Positions 48,592-62,810 of a DNA stretch of 64,000 nt are shown piece by piece (positions within the stretch are counted from its first letter, which is position 1; every line of letters starts with the position of its first letter). Origin of the DNA: Setoptus koraiensis (taxonomy: Eukaryota; Animalia; Arthropoda); contig CM106585.1 of the NCBI GenBank assembly GCA_048013815.1, positions 18,600,001 through 18,664,000 of the forward strand. The letters run 5' to 3'. The position numbers were made by a program, and so were the translations under genes. Under the pieces are notes generated by a model. The model saw only the letters and a program-made list of their open reading frames with translations. It was not told where the DNA came from and did not search any database.

Positions 48592-51500
48592 TTAACTGTC
48601 ATAGACTATTTGCATCAAGAAGGTCCTGATCTCCATGGGACGCATTGTAATGATGAAGGGTTGTTCATCGATATTGTTCTCTATATTGAGCACATGATCT
48701 GAGTTTACATAGTCACCAAGCTCATCTGTGTAATTTTTGTAGGGATTTGAGCTTGTGACAAATTTGAGCCTGTTTGATCTAGCCACCTCAATATCTTGTA
48801 ATCCGTCTAGTGTCATTTCTCTCATTTTGATTACGCGGAAATTCTTGAACATGCGCCTCAACGAGATACGTACTGGCTTTGAAAAGTCAGCGTCCTCGTT
48901 GATTTCGAACACGTGCTCCAATCTAATTAGTACGTGATCGAGGTCCCACGATTCCAGTGACAACAAGTTGATCATTTTAGGTAAGTGTTCTTGCAGGCCA
49001 TTGAATTTGAATCTGTTCATGTTATTGTTTGTCATGGTGATGTCTTGCATTAAACCATTCTGCTGATTAGGGTTACCAATCAGCGAGTTAACATAGCCAC
49101 TTGGGGGCGCTTGAAACCATTGAATGGGTTGCATGTGCAATTGTTTGCTCAATTGTCTTGTTGACCTGATAACGTTGTCTATGGGACCAATTAACAGATA
49201 GTGTTTACCTCGTATAATTAAACCTCTCCTATCAATGCCTGGCTCATTGAGGGGCTCCTCCATGCCTAAGCCATCGTCTTGTAACAGTCGCCTGTGGAGC
49301 ATTAGTTCCAATTGGCCGTCCTTCAGGCTACTGGCGCCCTGTGGCCTGTCTGGCAATATAGACAATTGAATGTTTTGATCATAGTCTCTAATGAATATCC
49401 AACTAGTGATAGGGTAATAGTTGCTGGCTGTATATTCTGAGGTGTATAAGCGATAATCGGATCGATAGTTCTTCAGGCGTCTAATGGTCTCTCTACCGTT
49501 TGAGTCAGTGAAAAAGGTCTCGTTTGTGTGCATATCGGTCTCATAGTTAGATACAACCTCTCTACCATTATCCATTATCATTTGCGGCCCGCCACCCGAT
49601 ATGGAAGAGGCGCCACTCATGGGATTGTACGCATGCGGTGAGTCGTTGATGGGTATCGGGCCCACAAGCCAATGGAACTCGATGTAATCCGATTGTTTAT
49701 AGATACGAATAACCTGGGAGCACCATGGCGTGAACACCTGATGCAGTTCCTCAACAACGGGTCCGCGTATTATCTCGAATTCGGCCTTTGGCGCCACCTT
49801 TTGTGCACCTTCGTCACTAGGATTAAATATATAGGCGCCCGAATTCTTTTCTGGCCTATACTTTGTTGTATCGGCGTCATAGTAGAGAAAGTTTTGCTTC
49901 AGTGTCATCCGGCGACCGTCGGGCAAGATGACCGCCTTCAGCATGCCCGTGTTGCGATCTACAACGGCGCTGAGGCGACTGTTACCAAATATAGGGTCGC
50001 TGGTCATCATTTGGTTGCCCGTTTCGCGCCTGATCACATTGTTGTTTGAGAGCGCGGGCACTGCTCGTCGTGTCGCAAACGGTGTCGTAGAGGGCGATCG
50101 GCGGTGTGTGAATTGGGGTGGAGATAAGGCGGAAATGGGATGGAAATGGAAATAGAGTCAATACGGAATTGCGGCAAGCTTGGGGGCCGAGGGCCAAAGC
50201 CGAGCGGGAGCGATACTTACGCAACTGTCTGGGGTTGTTGGCCACCGAGCGGGTGACCACGCCCGGGTTTTGGTAGCCCAGCGAACCGGGTATCTTTTCG
50301 ACGATGTAGCTGGCCATGGTGAGCGGCGGCAGCACGGTCGCAAATATGAACTCCTTGCTCACCTCGGGGTCGATGATGCCGTACTCCTGTCTCGACTCAA
50401 TGCTGGTCAATTTGAGCACGCTCGGCGGTATGGGCGTCTGTTGCGACAGCGTCGACACGGCCCCGCTTCGGATGCAACGATGAAATGGTGCGATGGTGCA
50501 ATGACGCAATAAGGAAATGAGGAAATGACGCAATGAGGAAATGACGAAATTATGAAATGACGCAATGATGAAAAATGGCAGCAACAGTAGGCAGCGGCCG
50601 GATGTGCGTGCTTGGGATGGATATACTTACTTGGCCTCGCGCACCATGTAGTGGCCGTCGCGAACAGGTATCTGCACGTAGTGCTGGATGACCTGCGAGG
50701 CGGGATTGTAGACGTGTATTATGAGCCGCTCGAATCTGTCCAATTTTTCGCTTATCTGACAATGGCTGGCGTTCAGGCTGGAACAAAATATGTGCTCGCC
50801 TTGCATAATGTGCATGTCAATGAGGCTCATGTTGTTTGTGTTGGTGGACGAGCGTCGCTTGTAATTGTGCTCGATGATTTTCGCCACCGATGTCACCAGC
50901 GAATGGTGGGCCCGTTTCATGGATTGCGCCAGCATGCGACTGTAGTCGTCATTGACAAACTGTTTACAGGTGCCAGTAACGGCATCGTGATGTTGCAAAA
51001 TGCCCAGTGTCTCTTGCAGTGACTCTAGCTCGTTGACGGCGTCCTGATTGCTGGACGGATTTGCCAGAACGCTAAGCTGTTTGGCGGCTTGCAAAAAGTT
51101 GTTGCCCGTGACTATTTGATATTTCAAGCCGGGCCTGCTAGTGAAATAGCCCGTCCAATAAGAATTGTGCGCGTCCGCATAGGGGAAAAAGTCGTCCAAT
51201 TTCACCGGCCACGATATGGGCGCTCGTTGGACATTCTTGAGGTAACACGAGGGCGTAGAGTAAATCAAATTGATCTTGTAGCGCATGGGATCCGATTGTA
51301 TTTCGTCAATGAGCAAATCCAGATTGGTGTACCATTTGTTTGCGTCGCGATAATGAAAGTCCATGCCCATGGTGACAATAGTGTGATTGGTGGTGTAATA
51401 TTTGGCCTGTTGTAGCATCATGCGCGAAAACTGAGCCGCCTTCTCCTTGAGATTGTATTTGTTTAATTGTTCATCGTTACAATTGACATCGTAACAAAAC

Positions 51501-52573
51501 GAATCGGGCGGCGAATACGTATTGGGCAGTATGCCCGTGAATATGTCACTCTTGTAGGCGCCCAACGACGGCGACGATTTCCAGATAAATTCCATGGTTT
51601 TTAGCCGCTGCCTGAACGCTTTGTCCTGAAAATCTATCCTGCCCAAGAATAGGCCGTCAAAGCCCATTTGTGACAGCAGCGATGCGTATTCGCGCGAATG
51701 ACCAAACGGATCTATTTGCCAGCCTATTTTTGGTATGCCGCCGCACTGGCCAAACAGCCGATACAAGTTCTTGTGGCCCAATGTCATCTGATCTATAATG
51801 GCGCTGTAATGCGACACGGCCTCGTCGTTCATGGACCAGCCGCCGCTAATGAACTCCAATTGGCCCGAATGAACTAATTTCTTGAAGCGCTGGCGCACAA
51901 ACTCGTTCTGGTCTCGCCACCAGCGCATCAGGAAGGCCGTCTCGACGAATATGAACCGGCGCCTGGTGGATTCGTTGAGCGACTTCACCACACTGTTCAG
52001 TATGGTCTCGACGTATCCGAAATAGTACTGATCGAATGTCTCTACCCAGCCGGTGTCTAAATGAGTGTGACATATTATGTGGACGTTGAGCATGCCGTCT
52101 CTGGTCGGGTGACAACTGCCGCCAACGTGCGTGTAACCGGGCGTGCTGCCCTCGTTGTCCTGGCCATTGTTGGCGCTCGACGAATAGGGCCACGACGACG
52201 ACGACGCACCGGAACCGCTCATTGGCGACGGCGCCGGCGCTAAAGCTGGACAGGTAGCTGGATTGTTGTTGTTGTTCAATTGAGGAACGTTGCGTGTATG
52301 GTGCGAATGACTACTCAGCGAATGGTAATTTACAGGTGGCGCCCCGTACAGCGTCGACGCTTCCGCCACCCGGGCATTGTTGTTGTTGTTGTTGTTGTTA
52401 TTGGCCAACAGGTCAATTATTGTGCTAGACGGTGATAATAATAATATGAGTATTATGTTCACAATGGCGAGTTGCCTAATTGCTGAATTGTTGTTAGTTG
52501 TTTGTATCACTTGTAACAATCTAGAGCTGCGATTCATTGTGTCTGATTCTGGCTTGATGCTGCTCTTGCTCAT
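48592..52573 (-). CDS. MAN2B1: Lysosomal-type alpha-mannosidase (GH38); exons 52573-50631, 50465-50221, 50060-48592 (about 1218 aa; start uncertain)
   Basis: NVHIICHTHLDTGW, LEFISGGWSMNDEA, nucleophile motif GWQIDPFGHS, DDFFPYA..YWTGYFTSRP, QHHDAVTGT, FFTDSNGRE, NYYPITS and LELMLHRRLLQDDGLG. GTAAGT donors with in-phase acceptors. Confidence 0.93.
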
Positions 52574-55500
52574 TTTTCGTTTTTCTTCTTCTTCTTTTGT
52601 TGCCTGGATACACTGGCCGCCGCTCGTCAATACCGGGGCCCTTCTTCTCCCTCGCTGCCTCCTGTGGCACAGACACAACTCACTGGGGCTGCTCGTGCAT
52701 GCCAGCCGTTTCACCTGACTAGGTAGCGGCAGATGGTGATGTCGTCTAGCCGTTGTTGTTGTTGTTGTTGCTGCTGTTGCTGTTGTTCTTGTTTGCTTGC
52801 TTTCATTATTTCCTGTTTCGCCGATAGTGACGCCATCACATGTCAGACGATTTGTGCGATATGCGCCATTTGTGTGATCTATGGGCAATAAAATCATAAT
52901 TGTGCCTCTCAAATGAATCTCGAAACACACGATCCTGCAATTCCACTGCTAAACTAATAATCGCTCTCCCTCTCGCTCTGTGTCTCTTTCTTTGATTAGC
53001 GATACAATCTCCAATCAATCAGACCATTTTCATCACGGCGATTATCTGATACCGTGTGTCTGCGCGTTTGTGTGTGTGCGTGTGTGTGTGTGCTCGAGTG
53101 CGGGGGATGATCGTGATTGAACTTGAACTGCCTAACTGTTGCTTTTATCTATGCTCGCTGCTGCACTGCTGCTGCTGCACAAACTAGTGTGACATTGACT
53201 GTTGATTGATGATAATTATGATGACAAAAACAGCGACGACGAGCTGAAAACATCCAACAGACAGCCAGTAGTCATACGAAACCAATAGACACAGACGCAG
53301 AGACAACAACCTCAAATGTCTGTCAAATGCAACTCTTCCCTTTCTAAAAATGTCTTGATACTTCTATTATTGTGTTGTTATTGTTATTCTTCGCCTGTAT
53401 GTTACGTCTCGTTGACTTGTGCTAGGCTCCTACCATTTGAGCTAATAGTGCAGATAGAGGCAATAATTGGGTCTAGCTCAGTTGTTGTTGCTCAGACTGT
53501 ATGTACGTTTGTGTGTGTGTGTGTGTGTTCGTTTCTTTCTATGTCACTTGCAAATCTATGTCACTGTAAGTAGTTCAAATAGTAGATAGAAAAATATAAG
53601 ACAGTGGTGAGAAAGTTAGCAATTTGAATATGTTTCTGCTTTGAATATGCGCTCAACGCGGAGAGGATCTCCTCTGGCCGACCATACAACTATCCGTCTA
53701 TCCAGCCATCATTAGCTGCCTACAGCGAGACACAGAATAGGTTAACCAGTTGGATATTTGTCGGTGTGGTGTGTTAGTGGTGTCAGTAGTGTGCCAGCAG
53801 TGTGTCAGTGGTGTCAGTGGTGTCGGTTGTGTCGGTTGTGCCGGTGGTGTCAGTGGTGAGTGTCCAATTAATGTCACACACACAGCAGAGCAGCAAATGA
53901 GAAGTCGCTTTTCATTAAGTCGCACAAATTCGCTTGCAGTCGAGAATATACACTCTTGTGTAAGAATACTTACTGCTCATATATATATATATATATCTTA
54001 TAATAACGTATTAATTATAACATCTGACGCAGCATTCTCCACTCTCTGGCTTGTCGTTGTTGTTACTTCGCCGTTGTCTAGAATCACTACTTGTTGTTAC
54101 TTGTTGCTCAACACTGGTTTGTGTAACTACTCTCGGGGACTTATCACGCAAAACAGATAAAGCCAAGAGAGATGTATGCAATCTTACAACTTATGCAAAT
54201 TAGTCTCTCAACTACCACTACTGGCAGTTTGTGATGACATACCAGTGTGCTAGTGAAATGCTTGTGTATTTCTGTTGCCGCTCTCGAAGTTGGCGCATAG
54301 TAGTAAAGTGAGTAGTCAACTTTTAACTTGTGAAGATACTACCTAATCTCGAGGTGTAAATCTCTCTTGTTGCCCTCTATTGTTTATTACCGTTGCCAAA
54401 CTACCAAAGGTAGTAGTAGTAGTGGTAGTAGTAGTTGTTGTTGTCTGTCAGACAGTTTTAGATGTGCGTAATAATAATAATAATAATAATAATAATAGTA
54501 ATAATAACGGTATGTATAACGGTTTGCTCTATCAACTTTGACAGTTTATCATAACGCTTTTAAACTTTTATTGTTGCGTTGTGTCTGTCTGCTTTTCGCT
54601 TTGTTTGTTTGGCGCTTAATGATGATTATCTTGAGACTTGCTACTTCTTGCAACACACGGCGAAGCCACATACAAATGGAGAAATCTCACTTTATTATAT
54701 GAAGTTTATATAACTCGTTGTTGTTGACTATGTGAATATGGATGGAGAAAAAGAAAAACATGTAACTATTAAGATGAAAATATAATAATAATTCTCGACA
54801 TGTATGTATATATGTAACCTAATGTCTGGCTGTAAGTGTTAGTGCAAGGGTCTTGGTAATGAGTTATCTCATCATTTGATCGCAACTTGTAAGCAACAAA
54901 ATGAAGAATAAGAAGAGTCGAAGAAGTCGTCGTCGCTGTCGTCGTCGTTGTCGTCGTCGTTGTCGTCGTCTTCGTCGTGGAGAGAAGAAGACAAGTCTCG
55001 CAAGAAGATGACTATTACTTGAAATGAACTGTCTTCTAGTGTCTTTATTATTATTTTTGCGTTGAGTGCCTACCCTCAGAACTCGTATACAGCGAGAATA
55101 TCTTGCTGTATCAACGCTAACAACTTGAGCGAGCTAGATTGTCTCACTCGTTCATTTGTCCACACGACGACCAAGTCGAAGAGGGCAACAATGATGACGA
55201 TGATGATGACGAATAACGGTTCTAGATGACTCCACCCGATAAGGTGAACTACTTTATGTTACTTTATATATACTACATTTATATATATATGTCCGAAACC
55301 ACCATAAGTATCATTATGTCTGCTGACAATGACCGTTAGGTGGCGTCGTTCTGTTCAATTGATTAGTCATCTTCCAATAGATACCTTCAATTCAATACAA
55401 TCGATGATAAATTAAATCCATTTCCTAGCTCGGTGTGTGCCGCTATTGCTATTGCTATTGCCGATGTTGTTGTTGCTGTTGATGTGTTGTTCATTGTTGC

Positions 55501-57709
55501 TCGATCTCATTGATGCCGAGCTCTTAATGTCAGCCGGTCTAATCCAACCACATCCATGCCCATGATGAGGTTAGTAGAACAAACCAATATACAACAAAAG
55601 GCGCGGACGGTAGGATTAAAACTGACCAGGTAAGGAAACGGCCACAATATGCTCGGATCGGATGGAATCATGACAGCACTAGACCAGATTAGATTACGCA
55701 ACAGTGCACTCATAGGTGCTGAATATGGAAATCGATTGTCAGTTTTTTAAAAACTGTGACACTCGTGACACCACACTGCTTTGTCTGTTTGGTGTCATTG
55801 GTGCGACCATGATGATTGCGGTGATAAAGTTTTACTTACAAGCGTCATACACAAAAAGCGATTTGTTGTTGTTGTTGATGTTGTTGCTGTTGAGGCTCAA
55901 AGAAAAACAGCTACGTCTACTCTTGTTTGTTATGGAAATTCGTTTGGCAATTCATTTCGTTTCACTTCGTTTCCAATCCCTATTCCGTTGCACAGTGTGT
56001 CAAACTGACGGCAACTGCGACCAACGCCAACAAGGTTATTCGTTTGTCGCAAACAGCTGCAAAACATTAGCCATGGTCAGTGACATGATTTACCATTGTA
56101 GTTGTTGCTGTCATTGTTATTAACAAAGACAGAAATCTGATGATGAAGTGACTCAAGTGCCCTGATAGATGTCATTCAGCTGGCAGTTCGATGTCATTGT
56201 TGCTGTCAATAGGCATGACCAACAATGAGGATCATATCACTCTAGATTGGTTGACTACTGCTGACTAGTCATGTTGCGGGACTGGTCAGTCTAATTTGTG
56301 TTGTAGTCAGTTATGTAACCCATAATGGGCACCATGGCCTTTAGATAATAGCGGTAATAATTGTGGTTGGGGATGCTGCTACAGTATACAGTATATACTG
56401 CTGGTGTGGTAGTACTAGTATCAGGAAGGAGGAAGAAGGAGTAATGATCGATCTTTTATTGCGACAAAACGACAATGCAATATATCTTGACCACTAGATA
56501 TTGGCTCAATCTTTTATTTATTCTTTAATGGATATTACTATAATAATATCACTATGGTAGCCGTTGCAGTACCCATGAAACATGTAAAATGATAGTTACA
56601 AAAATAATATCACATATTCGTGACTTGATGCAACAAATGCAACAATAAACGTGCAGTTTTAAATTGCAACCAAATTGTTGTTTTGTGACCATTATTTACG
56701 TGATATGTTTACCCCTTCCTCGCATGCAGAATATTGAATGTGCTGGATATGTAGGACAGAAAAATAGGTGTGTGTGTGTCCATCAATAAAAGAATCATAT
56801 GAAATCCATCGAATCGAATGGCCAGACAGATTATCAGATTGAGATCAGATTGAATACAATTAATACTGACAGTTGGATGAATTAGGTAGGAGCAAGTGTC
56901 TAAATATAGGCTAATAGCTCGATAAGCTATTTCATTAATCAGTCAAAAGTAAGTGTGACATAGATTGTTGTATTAGACATCCATTGTTATCAAACCTGGC
57001 ATCTAACCTATCATCCGTAAGTCAGTACCAAATGGTGAACACCGTTCTGACAAATGAATTGACTTGTTGATTTACAGCTATTTCAAGTGAAGTGAGCACA
57101 ACACAACAAGTGTGCTATACATCGTGACTGCTAGACTGATAGTTGCTGTTGCTAAGCTCGAACAACACTTGTTGTTCGTTTGTTACAATTGTTGACCCAT
57201 TGCATGATATTACATCGGACGCACACTGACAAACACTTGAACATCGAGATACTCTGGCCATTTTACTTTGTACCAACTCACACAGTCTACATGAGTCCAC
57301 TCCAACCAAAATAGCGAAATGACCATAAATTAGATGAGATTATTGAAGAGCCTTCTCTCTATACAAAGAAAGAAATCTCAAGAGAAGGCAATTGGAGGGC
57401 GAGATAAAAAACAGATCGTTTGATGAAGTTATCGGAAAACGCCTCGGGTTGAATGGTACTTATGAGGCGTGATGACGACATCTAATGCATATCGCTCGTA
57501 GTCTGGACACTTGATCAATCGCAACCCTTGTCAATGCACTACATGGTCGATCAATTGATTCCTTCATCTTTCATATGAACACACTCAATTGCAGGTGCGA
57601 TCAGAATTGAAAAGGATTATTATCACCTCTATTTAATAAATTCATTATGTGATCAAAAAGTTTCTAAGTAAAAAAATACCATTATACCAAGGAATACCGA
57701 AAGAATGGT

Positions 57710-59968
57710 CTAGTTTGCATGGAATTTCTTCGACCTGTCTTTGGCGTGGTCCATCAAAAGTTGACAAGGCTCAAAAGGTTTTCCATAGTAACTTTGGTAT
57801 TTTTCCATATGAGCCACCAATTTATCGGCACCATAGGTGTCTGCATATCTAAAGGGTCCACCCAAAAACGGTGGGAAACCCAGACCAAACACTGCTCCAA
57901 TATCACCTTCCAACGGGTTCGCTAATATACCTTCCTGTAAGCATAAGATTGCCTCATTAATCAGTCGCGTGCCAAGTCTCATCTGGAAATCTTCTTTCGC
58001 GCAGGTGAACTTCGGCTCAACTCCAAATTTCTTGATAATATCTAATGCACGTGAATTCATCTCGCGAATTTTCGATTTCTGATTCTCGTACAAGAAGAAT
58101 CCTTTGCCCGACTTTCTACCTTTAAAACCTGATTGCACCATTTCGTGAAGAAGTGCAGGATTCATGCCTGCAAATCTCTCAGCAAACACATTGCCAAGGT
58201 CGCTAGAAACATGCGATGCAACATCAATGCCTACTTCGTCCATGAGTGTTGCGGCACCAACTGGAAAACCGAATGACTTAGTCAGCGAGTCAAGTTCCTT
58301 TGGTGACACACCCTCCTGAAGTAACAACAGTGCCTCTGAAAGCACGGGTGCAAGTATACGCGTTGTGTAAAATCCTGGTCCATCCTTGACAGTTATAACT
58401 ACCTTTCCTTGCTTAAGACCAGCCTGCACAGCTATGGCAGATGCTCTTTTTGATGTTTGATCTGTGGTTATCACCTCCAAAAGTTGCATCTTATCAACAG
58501 GTGAGAAATAATGCATACCAATAAAGTTCTCCGGACGGACACTGGCTTGAGCAATTTTAGTAATTGGCAATGCTGAGGTGTTTGAGGCAAAAACACAATC
58601 GTCCCTGATGTGCTTCTCCACCTCCTTAACAACTTTATGTTTAAGATTAATATCTTCAAATACAGCTTCGATGACTAAATCGACTTTATCGAAGTTGGCG
58701 TAATCAGTCTGAGAATACAACTTAGATAAAGTGGTATCACGTTCGAAAAAATTAATTCTTTTTCGTTTCACCTTCTTATCAAGATTTGATCGTATCTGTT
58801 CCTCGCCACGAGCGAGACCTTGCATATTAATGTCCTTCATAATAGTATTGACACCCTTCTCTATGGATACTTGGCATATACCGGCACCCATAAGTCCTGC
58901 TCCTAAAACAGCAACTGTTGAGGCAGGTTTTTCAGGTGTTCCAAAACGATTCTTTTTACACAGGGTCTGGCCATGGAACAGACCTATCAGAGCTTTAGAA
59001 TGTGTTGTGTGTGCTAATTCGGCGAATGCTTTTCGTTCAATTTCGTATCCGATACTTGGATTTTCAATACTCTGCTTAACAACGTCGAGTATTTTGAGCG
59101 GAGACGGATAGAGGCCGTTGGTTAATTTCATAACATTTTCTCTTGCTTTGTTGAAAACATAATCTCTTGCGGGGCCAATATTTGTGATAACCTTTCGAGT
59201 GAGCTCCTCCGAGAAAGGTCGTTTCCTGTTGATTTTAACTTTACCGTCCGCCAAATCTCTCGCAATCTGGATAGCCACCTCTTCGAGGTATCTATGAGTG
59301 CCTCCATCGCGGTCATCTAGGCCAGGTCCCAAGGGTTGAACCAGTACATCAACAAGACCCAATTTTTTTGCCTTGTCTGCGCGAACTCTAGCTCCGGTGA
59401 GCATCATCCTTAGCGCTTCTGGTATGGCGATAAGTCTGGGCAGGCGCTGAGTACCTCCAGCCCCGGGCAGTAGTCCAATCATGACCTCTGGCAGAGAGAG
59501 GACGGTTTTGTTGTTGTTTATGGCCACTCTATAGTGACACGACAGAGCCAGCTCTGTTCCGCCGCCCATACAATCGCCCATTATGGCGGCAACAATTGGC
59601 TTTTTACTGTCTTCAATACTCTGGAATATTTTTTGGCCCTCGAGAGCCATTTTCTCTGTCTCAGCCATATTTTTGGCCTTTTGCAGCATGTTTATATCTG
59701 CGCCGGCAACAAAACATTGCGGCTTACCACTGATAATAACGGCCGCTTTGGCACTAGACGATGGAAACTTGTGCAATAATTCTGTAACCTCATCCATTAG
59801 AGCCGCATTCAACACATTCACCTTGCTATTGGGAGCATCGAGCTTGAATATCATGACATCATCCACAACACTTGTACGCAGCTGAGAGTATTGTCTGATG
59901 GATAGGCTGGAGTTAAGGCGAGCACGAGCTGCCAGGTATAAGTAATTCATTAATGGTCGTGCCTTCAT
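57710..59968 (-). CDS. HADHA: Mitochondrial trifunctional enzyme alpha subunit (752 aa), intronless
   Basis: Hydratase motifs [15 protein letters not shown] and [18 protein letters not shown]; dehydrogenase motifs [18 protein letters not shown] and [11 protein letters not shown]. Confidence 0.98.
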   Translation of the reverse strand: MKARPLMNYLYLAARARLNSSLSIRQYSQLRTSVVDDVMIFKLDAPNSKVNVLNAALMDEVTELLHKFPSSSAKAAVIISGKPQCFVAGADINMLQKAKNMAETEKMALEGQKIFQSIEDSKKPIVAAIMGDCMGGGTELALSCHYRVAINNNKTVLSLPEVMIGLLPGAGGTQRLPRLIAIPEALRMMLTGARVRADKAKKLGLVDVLVQPLGPGLDDRDGGTHRYLEEVAIQIARDLADGKVKINRKRPFSEELTRKVITNIGPARDYVFNKARENVMKLTNGLYPSPLKILDVVKQSIENPSIGYEIERKAFAELAHTTHSKALIGLFHGQTLCKKNRFGTPEKPASTVAVLGAGLMGAGICQVSIEKGVNTIMKDINMQGLARGEEQIRSNLDKKVKRKRINFFERDTTLSKLYSQTDYANFDKVDLVIEAVFEDINLKHKVVKEVEKHIRDDCVFASNTSALPITKIAQASVRPENFIGMHYFSPVDKMQLLEVITTDQTSKRASAIAVQAGLKQGKVVITVKDGPGFYTTRILAPVLSEALLLLQEGVSPKELDSLTKSFGFPVGAATLMDEVGIDVASHVSSDLGNVFAERFAGMNPALLHEMVQSGFKGRKSGKGFFLYENQKSKIREMNSRALDIIKKFGVEPKFTCAKEDFQMRLGTRLINEAILCLQEGILANPLEGDIGAVFGLGFPPFLGGPFRYADTYGADKLVAHMEKYQSYYGKPFEPCQLLMDHAKDRSKKFHAN

Positions 59969-60554
59969 TTTGCCGGTGATTTCTCAATTGATTATGGGCC
60001 AAATGTTGATATTGAACCTATTGACACTAACTAAAAAAAATATTTTTTTGCCTAATATCCTATTCACTGTGACCCTCTCTAAACAAATTATATGTAATTG
60101 GCAGTGCCACTTGTGGTTAATTGTTCCGAGTGTTGTTTTTGTTCGGTGATCGAATTACATCGTCGTGGCGGCGGCATTTTTGAACAAGCCACAGTTATCA
60201 AGGGAGGGCACCAATGGGAGCATTCTATCTCAAACCTACGAACAGTGTGAGAGGGAGACGGCTCTCCCCTAAACACTACATCTCCCGATAACTTTAAATT
60301 CATTCGAAATTCGCGCTATCATATATCTCCAACCAAACGCAGATGCACAAGGCGATTTTTTTACTGAAAAGTACAATCATCACTCGATAAGACTTTTCAT
60401 GTTATACTTTACAAGCCTGTGCAACAACTCCTGCTGACTGTTTCGTCGATACATTTTTATAGCTGAGGTCAATTGCTATTTTGACTCCTCAATTACCATC
60501 ATCGCTCTACATTTTATTTAAATCAGCCGACAGGGTCCTCCAAATCAGGAAAAC

Positions 60555-61567
60555 ATGAAAGAGAGACTGCTTATCAGCTACCTTTCTTTCGCTGCCATAT
60601 TCACACTTGCTCTATGGCGAACAGCAGAAGCTCATGACTGGGAGGGGAATGTTGTCGTCTTGACAGATTCCAATTTTCAAAGAAAGGTTCTAGAATCAGA
60701 AGATGTCTGGCTGGTAAATTTTTATGCACCATGGTGTCCCCATTGTAAAAATCTTAAACCCGTTTATGAGGAAGCATCAAGGAGGCTGAAAAAAGAAGGT
60801 ATCAAAAATGTCAAGTTTGGTGCTCTCGACGCATCCGAATATCAATCATATGCTAGTAAGTTCAACATAAGAGGCTACCCAACCCTGAAATTCTTTCCAG
60901 CCGGCCAAAAATCAGAGACAGATGCTCAAGAATTCGATGGGGATCGATCAGCGGGTGGTCTGGTCAGTTGGGCTAAGCAGAAATCATCAGAAATCAAACC
61001 CCCACCAGAGCTCAAGCAATTGACAAGCGAGAAAATCCTTAAGGAAACTTGCGAATCTGCACAACTATGCATAGTATCTGTTCTACCTCATCTATACGAT
61101 TGCCAATCTGAATGTCGTAATAGATATATCAAGAGACTTAAGGATGTCGCAGAGACATTCAAGGCTAAGTCTTGGGCATATTTGTGGGTTGAAGCAACTG
61201 TGCAACCGGAACTAGAAAAAGCATTGGACATTGGTGGTTTTGGCTACCCCGCATTAGCAGCTATGAACATTCGCAAGATGGCATTCTCACTTATGAGAGG
61301 ATCTTTCTCACAAGAGGGTATAACAGATTTCCTTAAAGACCTTTCCTATGGTCATGGCAAGAGTGCTCCTATTAAGGGTGCCAAACTTCCCAAGATTGTC
61401 AAGTCTGAGGAATGGGACGGGAAGGATCTTGTGGTAAGTTGATCGTGTCGGCATTTTATACCATTTTATACTCTTTCCTACTCATTACTCGACTGAACTG
61501 TTTATTCTTGTCTTCTCTTTGATCTCGTCCCATTAAATAGTTGCCCACTCTAGACGATGAACTTTAG
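60555..61567 (+). CDS. PDIA6: PDIA6 (P5)-like disulfide isomerase with a single thioredoxin domain; exons 60555-61433, 61541-61567 (301 aa)
   Basis: Signal peptide, VWLVNFYAPWCPHCK and P5-type C-terminal domain (QLCIVSVLPHLYDCQSECRN, GGFGYPALAA, FLKDLSYG). A spliced last exon gives LPTLDDEL, an ER-retention-like end. Confidence 0.88.
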
Positions 61568-61662
61568 AAGTGGGAGGTATTATTGCCTTTCAATTCCCTA
61601 ACACACAATTATTTATATTGTATTAATAAAAAGAATGAGAAGACATCTCATCAAGAATAATT
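61289..61662 (+). repeat. Direct repeat copy 1 (PDIA6 3' coding end, last intron, last exon, polyA signal)
   Basis: Matches 62811-63184 at constant offset 1522 with about 7 mismatches counted by eye. Confidence 0.95.
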
Positions 61663-61812
61663 TTGTTGCTATTTACCTTGTCGAAAGGCTTTAATTTGGT
61701 TGATAGAGGTAACCAACCTAATTCGTCTTGTTTTATTTATAGAGATCTCAAATTCACGTGATATATTCGGAAATCTCAGAACTGTCGATCACTGCTGAGA
61801 GTAAACTAATTT

Positions 61813-62583
61813 TCAATCTAATTGATATTTGCGGTCAGTGAGGGGTACATACCGAACACGTAGGAGCTCTTTTCTTCTTATTTCCCCGTTGGGTAGTTTA
61901 TCGATTTGCTCAAATATCTGATTGTCTATATCTTTTTGAATTGGAACAACCATTCGACCACCTTTGTTGAGTTGTTCGATCAGTTCAACAGGCAATCCGG
62001 GCGCTGTGGCGCCAACATGTATCACATCAAAGGGAGCCTCTTGGGCGAGACCAACACGTCCGTCCCCAGTTACAAATTTCAGGCGTCCTGACTGTAATAA
62101 GCCTGGCTGATCCTTCTCTACGTTTGCTTTCGATCTACTGACTAGCTCAGGTATATGCTCTATACCAAATACTTGACCATTTGGTTCAGTCATTAGAGCC
62201 ATACAGGCCGTCAAGTAACCTGAGCCAGAGCCCACGTCCAGAACTTTGGCCTCGGAATGAAGATGATCCCTAAGTACCTCCAGAGCTTTGGCATGCATGT
62301 GAGGGGCAGATATGGTTGCATTGTAACCAATTTGTATTGGCGTGTCCTCATAGGCATTGTTGGGGCAATAGTTGGCACGATCTACTTTTAGCATAGTCCT
62401 TTCAACGAGGGCATCTTCTATTAGTCCCTTTACTTGAGTATGTGAATGGCAAGAATGGTTTTGGAATGAGTTTCGTCTTGTTTGTATCTCCCTTTCGAAA
62501 CGAAGCTGATTGTTTCAATTCTACTTACGCTTGAGATTCTCAACAAGATCCTTGAGAGTTTTACCTGCCTGATATAGCGCCAT
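61813..62583 (-). CDS. PCMT1: Protein-L-isoaspartate O-methyltransferase; exons 62583-62529, 62432-61813 (224 aa)
   Basis: MALYQAGKTLKDLVENLK/LKGLIED, YEDTPIQIGYNATISAPHMHA, VLDVGSGSGYLTAC, GDGRVG..APFDVIHVGA and VRYVPLTD. Confidence 0.95.
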
Positions 62584-62810
62584 TGTAGTTGGAATAAACA
62601 ATCAATATCTAGCTTCACGAACCAAAAAGTTGAAACAACTGTTTCGATGTAACCAACGAAGAGAGGCCGGGCGAGCCCGCTCCAAAGGAAACCTAACATT
62701 TCTGATTTTTTTTTTCATCGTGTTCAGAATCTCATGTTTCTAGTACTGGCCGATAGGGGGCCTCTTGCTTGTGTGACTTAGTGTTCGGGCAGCAAGGGCA
62801 GCACATGCGG

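Noticed and set aside
56135-56170. ATCT-GATGATGA...CTGA-TAGAT box C/D-like motif
   Set aside because: Only about 15 nt lie between the boxes, too short for a guide snoRNA, and there is no evident host intron.
57115-57309. Cys-rich 64-aa minus-strand ORF
   Set aside because: No ATG start or signal peptide, frame closed just upstream, and it lies where the HADHA 3' UTR is expected.
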